From Bdellovibrionota bacterium (GTDB lineage Bacteria; Bdellovibrionota_C; UBA2361; CALJRW01), in NCBI GenBank assembly GCA_041740355.1, contig JBGSMD010000006.1, positions 32,001 through 96,000 of the forward strand: a DNA stretch of 64,000 nt, given 5' to 3'. Under the pieces are notes generated by a model. The model had not been told where the DNA came from, did no database searches, and worked only from the letters and a program-made list of their open reading frames with translations. Every line of letters begins with the position of its first letter. Position 1 is the stretch's first letter. Shown in pieces: positions 10,508-21,504 of the stretch. The position numbers and the translations under genes were made by a program.

Positions 10508-10777
10508 TCTGATAAGAAGGTTTTGTCTGCTGAGGTTTTTTGATCATTAAAATTCGGATTGTTTTCTGATTTAGTAGTATTTTTTTATTAAATGATAAAA
10601 CAAGATAAATTTTCTTGATTTTTTTGAATATTGTACTAATTTAAGTACGAAGAAAAATCCCAATTCTTTTTTAGTAGGTAATTCTCTAGGCATTTATAAA
10701 TTTTGAGTGGAATCGCACTTCCGCTAAAAGTTAAATTCTTAGGTAAAATTAATTTGTCGATGTAGGTAGTTAATAAT

Positions 10778-11608
10778 ATGAATAATTCAAACGGCTCCAC
10801 TGGTAAAAAGAAAGGCTTAGCCGAAGTAATTGTAATTACTTCAGGTAAAGGCGGTACTGGTAAAACAACATCCACTGCCAGTATTGGTGCTGCTTTAGCA
10901 ATGAAGGGCATGAGAACTTTGTTAGTTGATGCTGACATTGGGCTTCGTAATCTTGATGTGATTCTAGGATTAGAAAATCGCATTGTGTTTAACATCGTTG
11001 ATGTTGCTAAAGGTGTTTGCAAGCCAAGCCAAGCAATTATTAAATCTAAAAAATCTCCGAATCTTTATATGCTTCCAGCGTCACAAACTGATGATAAAGA
11101 TGTCATTACTGAAGATGAAGTGCGACATGTAATTGAGCAATACAAGCGTGAATTCCATTTTATCTTAATTGATTCTCCAGCTGGTATTGAGCAAGGATTT
11201 AAGAATGCCTATGCTGCTGCTGATTCAGCAATTATTGTTACTACTCCAGAAGTTTCTTCGATTCGTGATGGGGATAGAGTTATTGGGCTGCTAGCAGCCG
11301 CAGGTATTGAGGCCAAAATGTTGATTAATCGTTTAGATTACAACATGGTTAGCCGTGGGGATATGTTATCAGTAGCGGACGTAAAAGAGATTCTAGGGAT
11401 TGAATTAATTGGTGTAGTTGAGCGTGATGATAATGTGATTATTGCGGCGAATACTGGAGAACCAGTTGTTTACAATCCTAAAGCTAGATCTGCTAAGGGC
11501 TTTATGAAAGTTGCGGATCGTTTATGTGGCCACGGTGAGATGGACGAGTCAGATTATCGTGCACCATCGATATTTACTAGGTTGTCACGTCGCCTAGGTA
11601 TGGCTTAG
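10778..11608 (+). CDS. minD: Septum site-determining ATPase MinD
   Basis: Deviant Walker A TSGKGGTGKTT, DADIGLRNLD, DSPAGIEQGF; C-terminal amphipathic helix. Confidence 0.97.
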   Translation: MNNSNGSTGKKKGLAEVIVITSGKGGTGKTTSTASIGAALAMKGMRTLLVDADIGLRNLDVILGLENRIVFNIVDVAKGVCKPSQAIIKSKKSPNLYMLPASQTDDKDVITEDEVRHVIEQYKREFHFILIDSPAGIEQGFKNAYAAADSAIIVTTPEVSSIRDGDRVIGLLAAAGIEAKMLINRLDYNMVSRGDMLSVADVKEILGIELIGVVERDDNVIIAANTGEPVVYNPKARSAKGFMKVADRLCGHGEMDESDYRAPSIFTRLSRRLGMA

Positions 11609-11722
11609 AATAGGGAGTTAACAGCTACCTGATAAATACTAAAATTTATCATTGTTTAGCGAGTTGTTTTTTAGCTATTCAAACTTTGATTAGCGTTCGG
11701 ATAATTATTTAAGGGGTTTCAA

Positions 11723-12070
11723 ATGATTACTTTATGGCAGAAAATATTTGGCAGTGCAGCTAGCAGCAATCAAACAGCCAAGAGCAGATTACACTTCGTG
11801 TTGGTTCAAGATCGCACTGGGTTAAACAGTGAAGAAATGGCTTCTTTTAAAGAAGAATTAGTTCAAGTTATCGAAAAATATTTCGAAATTGAGAAAGATG
11901 GTTTTGATATTTCTTACAAACGTGAAGATGAAGAAACTGCCCTTGTGATCAATTCCCCAGTGGTTGTTCGTAAGGCTCGTAAGAAGATTGAAGTTGAATC
12001 TACTCCTTCTAAGAAACCTAAGAAGGAAAATGTTACTACAGAAACTGCGGAAGCTGCTCCGGTCGCCTAG
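11723..12070 (+). CDS. minE: Cell division topological specificity factor MinE
   Basis: AKSRLHFVLVQDR motif; follows minD. Confidence 0.92.
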   Translation: MITLWQKIFGSAASSNQTAKSRLHFVLVQDRTGLNSEEMASFKEELVQVIEKYFEIEKDGFDISYKREDEETALVINSPVVVRKARKKIEVESTPSKKPKKENVTTETAEAAPVA

Positions 12071-12093
12071 TATTTTCAAACTGTAATAATTTA

Positions 12094-12135
12094 GAAAGCC
12101 CCGTAGGTTATGAAAGTAACTTTCGGGGCTTTTTT
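12094..12135 (+). terminator. Rho-independent terminator after minE
   Basis: aaagccccg...cggggcttt stem followed by a T-run. Confidence 0.75.
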
Positions 12136-12470
12136 GTCGCCTATTATGAGTACTTGGACATAACTTGCTTCTTAACAGACTTACTCTCTCAAAGTTTTAT
12201 ATGAAATTTGACATGTTACATGTTGTATTTCATGAAATATAGCGGAATGGGTGATTAAGAGATTTTTTCAATCCTATAGAATTCAGGTTATTTGATCGGA
12301 TAAATGCTTTTAATAGAGTTGTTTTAGAACCTAATTACTAAGTTACTATTTTTAAAGTCAGCTGTGTCGGGCTTTTTAGAGCACGAGTAATCTTCATACG
12401 ACTGAATTATGCTCACGACTAAAATTCAGTTCAGTGAATTTTACTCGGATTGAAAAGATAGCTTTATTTT

Positions 12471-13559
12471 CTAGTTTGAGGGCCTTTGGTAGAAAGGAAG
12501 CTTCGTAATCTTGGCCTTAACTTTGCGTCCACGAATATCAAGAAAGACTTCATTTCCAATCTGAGACTCTTTATCCTCAATTATTCCTAAGGCAATTGCT
12601 TTATTAAGAGTGGGAGTTTTGGTGCCACTCGTTAAATGTCCAATCTCCACGTCTGCATTGTTAAAAACTTTAGTTCCTTCTCGGGCGATACCTGGCTCTA
12701 ATAATTCCAGACCAGTTAGTTTTCGATAATTTGTTTCTTTGTATTTCACTAAAGCATCTTTGCCGATAAAATTTGCTTTATTAAACTTGATAATCCAGGC
12801 AAGTCCTGAGGACAAAGCAGGAGTATCTGGCGTTAGCTCATGGCCATGCAAGGGATACGCTGCTTCTAGCCTTAATGTATCTCTAGCACCTAAGCCACAA
12901 GGGGTAATGTCTGTTCCACCAAGTTTAAGTAATTCGGTCCAAAGTTTAGCAGTATGTTCAGCTTGTAAGTATACTTCAAAGCCATCTTCTCCGGTGTAAC
13001 CAGTTCTTGCAATTAATATTGGGCGATCTAGCCAATTAGTTTCTAAGAAGTGAAAGTATTTTAATTCAGAGGCAGTTGGAAAGAGCTTGGTTAGGATTGC
13101 TTCAGCTTTTGGACCTTGAATCGCAATTTGTCCGTAGAAGTTACTGAGATTTAAAATATCTGCCTTAAACTTATTGTTATCAAGCATCCACTGATAATCG
13201 TTATCAGCATTTGAAGCATTAACACAAAGTAAGAACTTAGTAGAATTGAAACGATAGATAATTAAGTCATCAACAACTCCACCTTGCTGATTTAAGAAAG
13301 CGGAGTACTGTGCTTGTCCATCTTTAATTTTAGAGAGATCATTACAGCAAAGATATTGCAGAGTTTCCTCAGCAAAGTCTCCGGTAATTAGAATCTCACC
13401 CATGTGGCTGACATCAAACAGTCCTGCTGATTGTCGGCAAGCATTGTGTTCGGCAATTATTCCCGAATAACTAACAGGCATTTCCCAGCCAGCAAAAGGA
13501 ACGATTTGTGCTTTAAGTTTTAAGTGTTCGTTATATAGCGGGGTTCTTTGGTTGGTCAT
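12471..13559 (-). CDS. gcvT: Glycine cleavage system aminomethyltransferase T
   Basis: FAGWEMPVSY, LFDVSHMGE, RTGYTGEDGFE, GLGARDTLRLEA. Confidence 0.97.
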   Translation of the reverse strand: MTNQRTPLYNEHLKLKAQIVPFAGWEMPVSYSGIIAEHNACRQSAGLFDVSHMGEILITGDFAEETLQYLCCNDLSKIKDGQAQYSAFLNQQGGVVDDLIIYRFNSTKFLLCVNASNADNDYQWMLDNNKFKADILNLSNFYGQIAIQGPKAEAILTKLFPTASELKYFHFLETNWLDRPILIARTGYTGEDGFEVYLQAEHTAKLWTELLKLGGTDITPCGLGARDTLRLEAAYPLHGHELTPDTPALSSGLAWIIKFNKANFIGKDALVKYKETNYRKLTGLELLEPGIAREGTKVFNNADVEIGHLTSGTKTPTLNKAIALGIIEDKESQIGNEVFLDIRGRKVKAKITKLPFYQRPSN

Positions 13560-13581
13560 TTATGTTTTCTATTAAAAGCTA

Positions 13582-14505
13582 TCAATTTCTTTTGTAAATC
13601 TCTAAGGTGTTTTTCATTAACATGGCAACTGTCATTGGGCCAACTCCACCGGGGACAGGTGTGATTGCAGAAGTGTGTGAAGCAATTTCTTCAAAGTCTA
13701 CATCTCCAATTAAAAATCCTTCGGAGTTACGGTTAATGCCAACATCAATTACTACCGCACCTTTTTTAACCCAGTCAGATTTCACAAGCTGCGGAACTCC
13801 GGCAGCGGCGATCACGATGTCGGCTTGTTTGCAGATTTCGGCAATGTTGGCTGTTTTAGAGTGAGCTTGGATTACCGTGCAGTCACGATTGAGCAGTAAG
13901 GAGTGTAATGGTTTTCCAACCAAGATGGAACGACCAATAATTACGGCAGTTTTTCCTTTTAGATCTACTTGTGGGATGTCTGAAAATTTGACGTTTTCTT
14001 GATCAGACTCAAATTTAGAAAAGGCTAAATCAATTAAGGCCATTGAGCCTAGAGGGGTACAAGGTTTTAAGTAACCTTCGCCACGAAACATTATCCCTTG
14101 GTTTAGGGGGTGCAGGGCATCAGCATCTTTTCTTGGGTCAATTTGATCGATAAATTTATTAGCTGATAAGTGACGTGGGAGTGGAAGTTGTAAGAGAATC
14201 CCATCAATTTCTGGATCAAGGTTGAACTTTTTAATTGCCTCGGAAAGTTCTGTCTCAGTGCAGTTGTCCGCAAGATTTAAGTCTTTGGTAATAAAGCCAC
14301 ATTGTTGTTCCGCCACCAAACTTTTTCGTTTCACATAAGAGAGAGAAGCTGGATTATTACCAACTAGAATTACACCAAGTCCTGGCACTCGACCTTTACT
14401 TGTCTTAAGTTGTTGAACTTCTTCTAGTATTTCAGCTTGCAGAATGCTGGATAACCAATTACCACTTAACTTCTTAAATTTATTTTTATCTTTATTGAAC
14501 TTCAT
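13582..14505 (-). CDS. folD: Bifunctional methylene-THF dehydrogenase/cyclohydrolase
   Basis: GILLQLPLP, PCTPLG, GRSILVGKP, DVGIN, TPVPGGVGPMTVAML. Confidence 0.97.
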   Translation of the reverse strand: MKFNKDKNKFKKLSGNWLSSILQAEILEEVQQLKTSKGRVPGLGVILVGNNPASLSYVKRKSLVAEQQCGFITKDLNLADNCTETELSEAIKKFNLDPEIDGILLQLPLPRHLSANKFIDQIDPRKDADALHPLNQGIMFRGEGYLKPCTPLGSMALIDLAFSKFESDQENVKFSDIPQVDLKGKTAVIIGRSILVGKPLHSLLLNRDCTVIQAHSKTANIAEICKQADIVIAAAGVPQLVKSDWVKKGAVVIDVGINRNSEGFLIGDVDFEEIASHTSAITPVPGGVGPMTVAMLMKNTLEIYKRN

Positions 14506-14529
14506 GTTGACTTATTACTTAAAGGTTTT

Positions 14530-14577
14530 TAATTATTAGCTGCGACTAATTCAAAGATTAGTCGCAGCTAATAATTA
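14530..14577. repeat. Perfect 21-bp inverted repeat in the folD/ald divergent intergenic region
   Basis: taattattagctgcgactaat-tcaaag-attagtcgcagctaataatta. Confidence 0.85.
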
Positions 14578-14715
14578 TCACGCCAAAGCTGCAAAAAATT
14601 AAGTTTTGAAGTAGCAAACTTCCAGCGTAAGTGGATTGGTAATTCAAGCTAACTGTTGAGTTTATCCTCAATGTTATCCACCCAGTTAATCTTACTAATT
14701 AAAAAAAAAATTACA

Positions 14716-15825
14716 ATGATCATTTCCGTACCAAGAGAAAGAAAAACCTTAGAAAAACGAGTTGCAATAACGCCATATGGCGCGAGACAGTTGATTCTTA
14801 GTGGGCACACAGTGCTAGTTGAAAAAGATGCCGGGCTTGGTTCGTTTTTTACTAATCAGGATTATTTAGAGGTGGGCTGTGAAATTGTTAATACCTTGGA
14901 AGAGTGCTGGAAGCGAGCTGAGTTATTAGTAAAAGTGAAAGAACCAGCTCCGGAAGAATATCAATATTTTCGTAAAGATTTAGTTGTTTTTGATTATCTG
15001 CATTTAGCAGGCTTACCAGAAGTTGCTAAAGAGTTAATCAAGTCAGGGATGACAGGTATTAGTTATGAATTAGTACAAATGGATGATGGGCGCTTACCAC
15101 TGCTTGAGCCAATGAGTGAGGTTGCTGGAAAATTAGCAGTTCAACTTGGAGCACATTTAATCTTAACTCAAAAAGGTGGGCGAGGAGTATTATTAGGAGG
15201 GACAGATACCGTATCGCCGGGAGAGGTAACTGTGATTGGAGCAGGTATTGCCGGACAAGCAGCAGTTGAAGTCGCTTATGGTATGGGTGCTAGAGTGCAT
15301 GTGCTTGATATTAATGAAGCAAGACTGAGTGACTTAGCCGGACGTTATGGTGACCGTTTAAAAACTTATCAATCCACACCAGAAAATATTTCTAAGTTGT
15401 GTCCAGAAACTGACGTGATGATTCTAGCTGTATTAATCCCTGGTGCAAAAGCTCCAAGAGTCTTAACTAGAGAACAAGTTGGAATGATGCAGGAAGGTTC
15501 CGTCTTAATTGATATTTCAATTGATCAGGGTGGAGCTGCTGAAACAATTCGGACAACTAGTTTAGAAAATCCAACTTATGTGGAAGCAGGAGTGATTCAT
15601 TACGGAGTTCCAAATATGCCGTCACAAGTTGCTCGTACTTCAACAAAAGCTCTAACTAAAGTAACACTTCCTTACATTCAGAAGATGGCTGACTTAGGTT
15701 TTAAGGAAGCATTAAAAAGCACACCTGAACTGTTAAAAGCAGTAAATACTTATGGTGGGCAAGTTTGTAATTTAGAAGTGGCGCATGCCTTAAATTTAGA
15801 GTGTGTTGAATTAATTTTAGAATAG
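14716..15825 (+). CDS. ald: Alanine dehydrogenase
   Basis: Likely start ATG 14716 (MIISVPRE); KVKEP, YLHLA, PMSEVAG, GAGIAG, IDQGG and YGVPNMP motifs. Confidence 0.95.
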   Translation: MIISVPRERKTLEKRVAITPYGARQLILSGHTVLVEKDAGLGSFFTNQDYLEVGCEIVNTLEECWKRAELLVKVKEPAPEEYQYFRKDLVVFDYLHLAGLPEVAKELIKSGMTGISYELVQMDDGRLPLLEPMSEVAGKLAVQLGAHLILTQKGGRGVLLGGTDTVSPGEVTVIGAGIAGQAAVEVAYGMGARVHVLDINEARLSDLAGRYGDRLKTYQSTPENISKLCPETDVMILAVLIPGAKAPRVLTREQVGMMQEGSVLIDISIDQGGAAETIRTTSLENPTYVEAGVIHYGVPNMPSQVARTSTKALTKVTLPYIQKMADLGFKEALKSTPELLKAVNTYGGQVCNLEVAHALNLECVELILE

Positions 15826-15833
15826 AAAAGAAA

Positions 15834-16214
15834 ATGAATTATCCAGCAAATTATAAATATACAAAAGATCATGAGTGGGTCTTATTAGAGAACGGCATAG
15901 CAAAAATTGGGATTACCGATTTTGCTCAATCAGAGTTGGGGGAAGTTGTTTATGTTGAATTACCAGCGATTGGAAAAGAACTGCAAGCAGGAAATCCTGC
16001 CTGTGTAGTAGAATCAACTAAAGCTGCCTCCGATGTCTATGCCCCAATTAACGGCAAAGTGGCTAGCGTTAATTTGGAATTAAATGACCAGCCAAATTTA
16101 CTAAATTCAGATCCACATAATGCTGCCTGGATTTTTTGTTTAGAGAATATTTCCGAAGTAGAGATAGGAAATTTAATGTCAGCAGAAGAATATTCTAAAT
16201 TGGTACACGCCTAA
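15834..16214 (+). CDS. gcvH: Glycine cleavage system H protein
   Basis: YTKDHEW, GITDFAQSELG, lipoyl-Lys motif VESTKAASD. Confidence 0.97.
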   Translation: MNYPANYKYTKDHEWVLLENGIAKIGITDFAQSELGEVVYVELPAIGKELQAGNPACVVESTKAASDVYAPINGKVASVNLELNDQPNLLNSDPHNAAWIFCLENISEVEIGNLMSAEEYSKLVHA

Positions 16215-16247
16215 GTAATAATTTATTTTTTGTCATAAGTATAAACT

Positions 16248-19103
16248 ATGGGAAATGAGAGTAAGCTAACAACTAAGTCGACTGATGTTTTTGCTAGTCG
16301 TCATTTGGGCTTAAGTGATTCGGAGATTTCCGAGCTTTTAAACGAGCTTGGTTTTAAAACACTAACAGATTTTATTTCCAAAGTTATTCCTCAGCAGATC
16401 CAAGTTTCTAATTCATTACGACTAAGTACATTTCAAGAGCCAATGTCGGAAGCAGAGTGTTTGGCATATTTCCAGTCCTTAGCTAAGAAAAATATTATTG
16501 CTAAAAATTACATTGGTTGTGGATATTACGACACAGTAGTTCCAGCAGTAATTCAAAGAAATATTTTAGAGAACCCAAGTTGGTATACGCAGTACACTCC
16601 TTACCAGCCAGAAATCTCTCAGGGTCGTTTGGAAGCACTGCTTAATTTTCAAACAATGATCATGAGCCTGACAGGCTTGGAGATTTCCAACGCATCACTG
16701 CTAGATGAAGGCACAGCTGCGGCAGAAGCGATGTATATGTCGTTTAATCTTTACGGGAAAAACAATCCAAATATTCGTAAATATTTTGTTGATCAAAATG
16801 TTTTTCCACAGACGCTAGCTGTTATCCAAACTAGAGCTACAAGTCTTGGCTTGGAATTAGTTGTTGGGGATTATCAGAAATTCACTGAGTTTAAAGAAGT
16901 TTTTGGATGTTACATTCAGTACCCTGCAAGTCATGGTGGGGTAATTGATTATCGTAAATTCATTGCGACAGCTAAGAATGCTGGTTGTTATGTTACTGTT
17001 GGAACGGATTTACTAGCACTTTGTTTATTGGAATCTCCTGGAAGTATGGGAGCGGACATCGCTGTTGGCTCAGCACAACGCTTTGGAGTGCCGATGGGAT
17101 TTGGTGGGCCACATGCCGGGTTCATGGCGTGCAAAACTGAATTTCAAAGACTAATTCCGGGAAGATTAATCGGTGTTTCTAAAGATCGCTTAGGAAATCC
17201 TGCTTTAAGATTATCTTTGCAGACTCGTGAACAACATATCAGACGGGACAAGGCGACCAGTAATATTTGTACGGCGCAAGTACTACTTGCTATCATGGCA
17301 GTGATGTACGCCACTTATCATGGGCCAGCGGGACTTAAAGCCATTGCTACACGAGTTCATCGCTTAACAAAAACTCTGGCCAAAGTTTTAGCTGATAATG
17401 GAATTGCTATTAAGCAAAAAGAATTTTTTGATACGCTAGAAATTGAAGCTAATGCGGAAGTTATTGCCCGGGCAAATGCTGTAAATATTAATTTAGGAGT
17501 TTGGAAGTCAGGTTCGATTGTAATTGCAATTGATGAAACAACTTCAGCTAGTGATTTGCAACAGATAATTAAAGTAATAACAAAAAAAGAAATTACCTTA
17601 GATGAGATTGAGAGAATCTTTGCTTTAGAAAAAGTTAATTTAGAACTTTCTCGCAAAAGCGAATATTTAAAGGAATCAGTATTTAACACTTACCATACGG
17701 AGACTGAGTTCCTTCGTTACGCTAAAAGACTAGAGACTAAAGATTTATCCCTAGCGACTGCAATGATTCCACTGGGATCTTGTACGATGAAGTTAAATGC
17801 AACGACCGAAATGTTGCCGGTAACTATGCCGGAATTTTCTAAGATTCATCCCTTTGCTCCTGAGTCACAAACAGTTGGATACTTAGAATTAATTAATACT
17901 TTGGAGAAGTCTTTAGAAGAAATTACGGGATTTGATTGTGTTTCTTTACAACCAAATGCTGGATCACAAGGCGAGTTTGCTGGACTTATTGCAATTAAAG
18001 CTTACTTAAACTCTAGAGGGGAGTCACATCGTGATATTTGTTTAATTCCAAAATCGGCGCATGGAACAAATCCAGCGAGTGCTGTGATTGCTGGGTTAAA
18101 AGTCATCGTCATCGAGTGTGATCAGGATGGGAATGTTGATTTAGCAGACCTCGAAGCCAAAGCAAAATTACACCAAGCAAATTTAGCTGCGCTGATGGTT
18201 ACTTATCCTTCAACTCATGGCGTGTTCGAGGAAGACATTAAAATTATTTGTGACTTGATTCATAAAAATGGTGGGCAAGTTTATTTGGATGGGGCGAACT
18301 TTAATGCCCTAGTTGGACTTTCTTACCCAGCAGAGATTGGAGCTGATGTGATGCACATCAATTTACATAAAACTTTTTGTATTCCACATGGTGGTGGTGG
18401 ACCGGGAGTTGGACCAATTGCCGCTAAAGAACATTTGCGAAATTATTTACCGTCTCATCCACTTGCATTTAGTAATGATGGTTTCGGCCCAGTATCAGCT
18501 GCGCCTTATGGCAGTGCTTCCATTCTATCAATCTCTTTAGCTTACATTGCAATGATGGGAGCCGAAGGTTTAGTGAAAGCTTCGCAAGTTGCAATTTTAA
18601 GTGCTAATTATTTAGCCAATAAACTTGGAGAGTTTTATCCAGTACTTTATCGTGGAAAAAATAAACTTGTAGCACATGAGTGTATTTTAGATTGTCGATC
18701 CTTTAAGGATGTTGGTGTGGAAGTAGAAGACATTGCCAAACGCTTAATGGATTATGGTTTTCATGCGCCAACTGTATCTTGGCCAGTGCCGGGTACGATC
18801 ATGGTCGAACCAACAGAATCTGAAGGCCTAGCAGAGTTAAATCGTTTTTGTGAAGCAATGATTGGTATTTCTAAAGAAATTGCTGATATTAAATCAGGAG
18901 AACTTGATCGTGCTGATAATCCTTTAAAATCAGCCCCACACATAGCAATTGAGGTTTGTGGAAATGTTTGGAATCATTCTTATTCCAGAGAGCTTGCTGC
19001 TTATCCAACAAACTTTGTGAAGAATTATAAATTCTGGCCAACTGTTGCTAGAATTGATGCTGCTTATGGGGATAGAAATTTGGTTTGTAGTTGCTCAGCT
19101 TAA
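16248..19103 (+). CDS. gcvP: Glycine dehydrogenase (decarboxylating), single-chain P protein
   Basis: [35 protein letters not shown] motif [16 protein letters not shown]. Confidence 0.98.
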   Translation: MGNESKLTTKSTDVFASRHLGLSDSEISELLNELGFKTLTDFISKVIPQQIQVSNSLRLSTFQEPMSEAECLAYFQSLAKKNIIAKNYIGCGYYDTVVPAVIQRNILENPSWYTQYTPYQPEISQGRLEALLNFQTMIMSLTGLEISNASLLDEGTAAAEAMYMSFNLYGKNNPNIRKYFVDQNVFPQTLAVIQTRATSLGLELVVGDYQKFTEFKEVFGCYIQYPASHGGVIDYRKFIATAKNAGCYVTVGTDLLALCLLESPGSMGADIAVGSAQRFGVPMGFGGPHAGFMACKTEFQRLIPGRLIGVSKDRLGNPALRLSLQTREQHIRRDKATSNICTAQVLLAIMAVMYATYHGPAGLKAIATRVHRLTKTLAKVLADNGIAIKQKEFFDTLEIEANAEVIARANAVNINLGVWKSGSIVIAIDETTSASDLQQIIKVITKKEITLDEIERIFALEKVNLELSRKSEYLKESVFNTYHTETEFLRYAKRLETKDLSLATAMIPLGSCTMKLNATTEMLPVTMPEFSKIHPFAPESQTVGYLELINTLEKSLEEITGFDCVSLQPNAGSQGEFAGLIAIKAYLNSRGESHRDICLIPKSAHGTNPASAVIAGLKVIVIECDQDGNVDLADLEAKAKLHQANLAALMVTYPSTHGVFEEDIKIICDLIHKNGGQVYLDGANFNALVGLSYPAEIGADVMHINLHKTFCIPHGGGGPGVGPIAAKEHLRNYLPSHPLAFSNDGFGPVSAAPYGSASILSISLAYIAMMGAEGLVKASQVAILSANYLANKLGEFYPVLYRGKNKLVAHECILDCRSFKDVGVEVEDIAKRLMDYGFHAPTVSWPVPGTIMVEPTESEGLAELNRFCEAMIGISKEIADIKSGELDRADNPLKSAPHIAIEVCGNVWNHSYSRELAAYPTNFVKNYKFWPTVARIDAAYGDRNLVCSCSA

Positions 19104-19113
19104 TTACAAGATT

Positions 19114-19545
19114 TTAATTAAATGGATTGGTAACTTTTAACCATTTAAATTTTAAGAAATCGCTATCTGCCGTGATGATTTCTTTTACTCCATGCTCTTT
19201 AAGGATTGATGCGATTTGTAAATCAAAGAGAAAATTTCCTTTAGCAAAAGTGCTGCTGAGTTCTTCCAACACGATTGGCAGATGATTATTGCCGTGTGTC
19301 AGAATTCTAAGGCTTGGAGAATCGAGTATGTTTTTAATTATCAAAGCGACTTCGCTAGAGCTAGCAGGTGGACTGATCAGCTTGTGATGAGTTAGTACGC
19401 GACTAAATTCATAAATAGAACTCCAGGTGATTGCCCAAAGATTATTTCCTTCAGCTAAATCAATAATTATTTTATTAGCAACTTTATGTTGGGAAAATTC
19501 TTCGCGAACAGCGTAAATTAAAATATTTGTATCCACTGCAATCAT
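19114..19545 (-). CDS. vapC: VapC-family PIN-domain toxin
   Basis: IAVDTNILIYA...E...D.QIA...ITADSDF acidic PIN residues. Confidence 0.9.
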   Translation of the reverse strand: MIAVDTNILIYAVREEFSQHKVANKIIIDLAEGNNLWAITWSSIYEFSRVLTHHKLISPPASSSEVALIIKNILDSPSLRILTHGNNHLPIVLEELSSTFAKGNFLFDLQIASILKEHGVKEIITADSDFLKFKWLKVTNPFN

Positions 19546-19790
19546 TTCAATTTTTCGTCAAAAATGCTGAATAGTTGATCTCGATTACTAATATCAATTC
19601 CTGGAATTAGGTTGCCTTTAGTCGTTGGTAATTTTAATTCAAAATTTTTCTTATTTTCCTTTGGCATATTACGGAGACCTTCTCTTAAGGTAAGTTGGAT
19701 TTGGTCTTTCAAAGTTCGTTGAGCCTGTTGCGCAAGGGTTCTTAATTCTTCTAGTAAATTTTCGTCCAACATTAAGGATGTTCTTTTCAT
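19542..19790 (-). CDS. VapB-like ribbon-helix-helix antitoxin
   Basis: Likely start ATG 19790 (MKRTSLMLDENLL); 4-nt overlap with vapC. Confidence 0.8.
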   Translation of the reverse strand: MKRTSLMLDENLLEELRTLAQQAQRTLKDQIQLTLREGLRNMPKENKKNFELKLPTTKGNLIPGIDISNRDQLFSIFDEKLK

Positions 19791-19942
19791 ATGTATTAGC
19801 ATATTTATAAAACATATATATGTCCAATTAATTAGAATGCTAATTCGTGAGATACTCACCATTTATCGTTGAATTAATAATTTAATTTCAATTTACCTGA
19901 AAATTTCTAACTAATTTATTTTAATCGGTCGATACTAGTTAC

Positions 19943-20341
19943 ATGCTCAGACTTAATATATTGATATTACTAATTATTTCTGGTTTTGCCGAGGCTCAGG
20001 TTTGGAACTGTAAAAATGGTGTTTATACGACCAAGGAGGGTGAGGACTGTGTGCAGGTTGCATCTTCAGTGTACTGTGGAAATGGTGGGAATAAGTACAT
20101 TTCGCCCTTAAAGAATGTTGACGATTTGGTTATTGAAAGCTGTGCCGAAACTAATGAGTGGAAAAGTCCTTTAGTAGACTTAGATCTAGCCAAGGATTTG
20201 CCTAAAAGAGAGCCCAAAAAATTACAATCGACTCGTAGCAGCCGTTCAAATGGGAATGATAATAATCCATTATCTGAAAATGCCATTGTGGATCAATACA
20301 AGCAGATCTTTGATAGTTATAGTAAAATTTTAGAAGAATAA
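19943..20341 (+). CDS. Secreted Cys-containing hypothetical protein
   Basis: Signal peptide ending AEA; four Cys in the N-terminal half (VWNC...C...C...C). Confidence 0.7.
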   Translation: MLRLNILILLIISGFAEAQVWNCKNGVYTTKEGEDCVQVASSVYCGNGGNKYISPLKNVDDLVIESCAETNEWKSPLVDLDLAKDLPKREPKKLQSTRSSRSNGNDNNPLSENAIVDQYKQIFDSYSKILEE

Positions 20342-20448
20342 ATTGCCAAATTTTTCAATATTTAATGATTAAAGCCTGAAGCATTTCAATGCTTTAGTCC
20401 GATATGTAATATAATAAAGCAGTTTTTAGGGTATAGGTTCTTTCGAAA

Positions 20449-21504
20449 ATGTTTAATAAATTTAAATATTTAGCACTAATAGTAATTGTTACACAGGTAG
20501 CAGTAACTAGCCTTATCTGCCTTGCGGAAGAGCAATCTTTTTTCCCCGGCCAAGAACGCGAGGTTAGGAATATCTTTGGTAAAGACCTAAAAATTGAGAA
20601 ATCTTATTACGCGGAAGAAGATAAATTACTGCTAGAAGCAAGTAACGAGGGTCATAATTCCAAATTGCCAGAAACCCCACAGGATAAAATAATTGCTGAG
20701 TATGGAAGTCCAAAAGTTGCTCATGAAGTGAAAGCAATTAAGGATGCTCCAAAGCCATTTCAGGCGATGATCGAAGCCCTAAAAGTTGGTGATAAGAAGC
20801 TAGCACTTGAATATGCAGTGCAATACCAAGATTACTTAGGGGAGTTAGAGAGAATCAATCAGGATGCGGCTTCGATTCAAGGTATCGCTATGTACAAGAA
20901 GGGGACGATGTCGGACGAAAGTTGGGTTAAGTCTGAACTTCAAAATAATCCTGATTTAATGCAGTTTATTAATGATGAGCCTAAGATAGAAGATCAACAT
21001 GGCAGGTTGGCTGTTGATGCCCAAGAATTACTTTTAAAAGCAAAGCGAAAAGATAATGACTTATTCGCGGGATCAATTGAAGAGAAACGTGATATTGCGG
21101 AAGCAGAACGTACTCAGGCTCGTTCCGAACTAACTGGCAAGGTTCCATACCTTCCTACTGGTCAAGTAGATGTTTATTTCTTCTTTAAGTCTACCGATCA
21201 AAAATCAATTAATCAGGGTAAAGAGTTGCAAACAGTCTATTCCAAATTAGACGACCAAGATCAGCTTAATTTCCTAGGATTTGCCCTAGATGATCAAAGC
21301 CAAGGTGATTTGCTTAACTTTCAAAAGAGAACTGGAGCTAAATTTACTACTTTGGCATCTAAAGACTTGGCTACAAAGTTAAATATTACCCATGCTCCTA
21401 CAATTATGATTGTGGATGCACAGTCTGGAAAATTTTATCAAATCAATGATGTTGTCAGTGCTGACTACTTAGATGAAATGTTTAAAATAGTGAGAGGTAA
21501 ATGA
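20449..21504 (+). CDS. Exported protein with C-terminal TraF-like thioredoxin fold lacking CxxC
   Basis: Signal peptide; VYFFFKSTDQKS...GFALD...LATKLNITHAPTIMIVD pattern resembles TraF/TrbB thioredoxin-like domains. Confidence 0.6.
   Translation: MFNKFKYLALIVIVTQVAVTSLICLAEEQSFFPGQEREVRNIFGKDLKIEKSYYAEEDKLLLEASNEGHNSKLPETPQDKIIAEYGSPKVAHEVKAIKDAPKPFQAMIEALKVGDKKLALEYAVQYQDYLGELERINQDAASIQGIAMYKKGTMSDESWVKSELQNNPDLMQFINDEPKIEDQHGRLAVDAQELLLKAKRKDNDLFAGSIEEKRDIAEAERTQARSELTGKVPYLPTGQVDVYFFFKSTDQKSINQGKELQTVYSKLDDQDQLNFLGFALDDQSQGDLLNFQKRTGAKFTTLASKDLATKLNITHAPTIMIVDAQSGKFYQINDVVSADYLDEMFKIVRGK

Noticed and set aside
10636-11022. Antisense or nested ORFs in the track (also 12739, 13607, 17357, 39086, 49453, 50281 and similar)
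   Set aside because: They overlap well-supported genes or hairpins and show no protein motifs.
14506-14715. Glycine riboswitch upstream of gcv genes
   Set aside because: No recognisable GGAGA...CCGAAG...CTCTCAGG aptamer pattern on either strand by eye.
19908-20405. Sigma28-like -10 boxes upstream of 19943 (GTCGATAC) and 20449 (TCCGATAT)
   Set aside because: The -35 elements are poor or mis-spaced; too weak to link the Tra-like operon to the sigma pair without a PWM scan.
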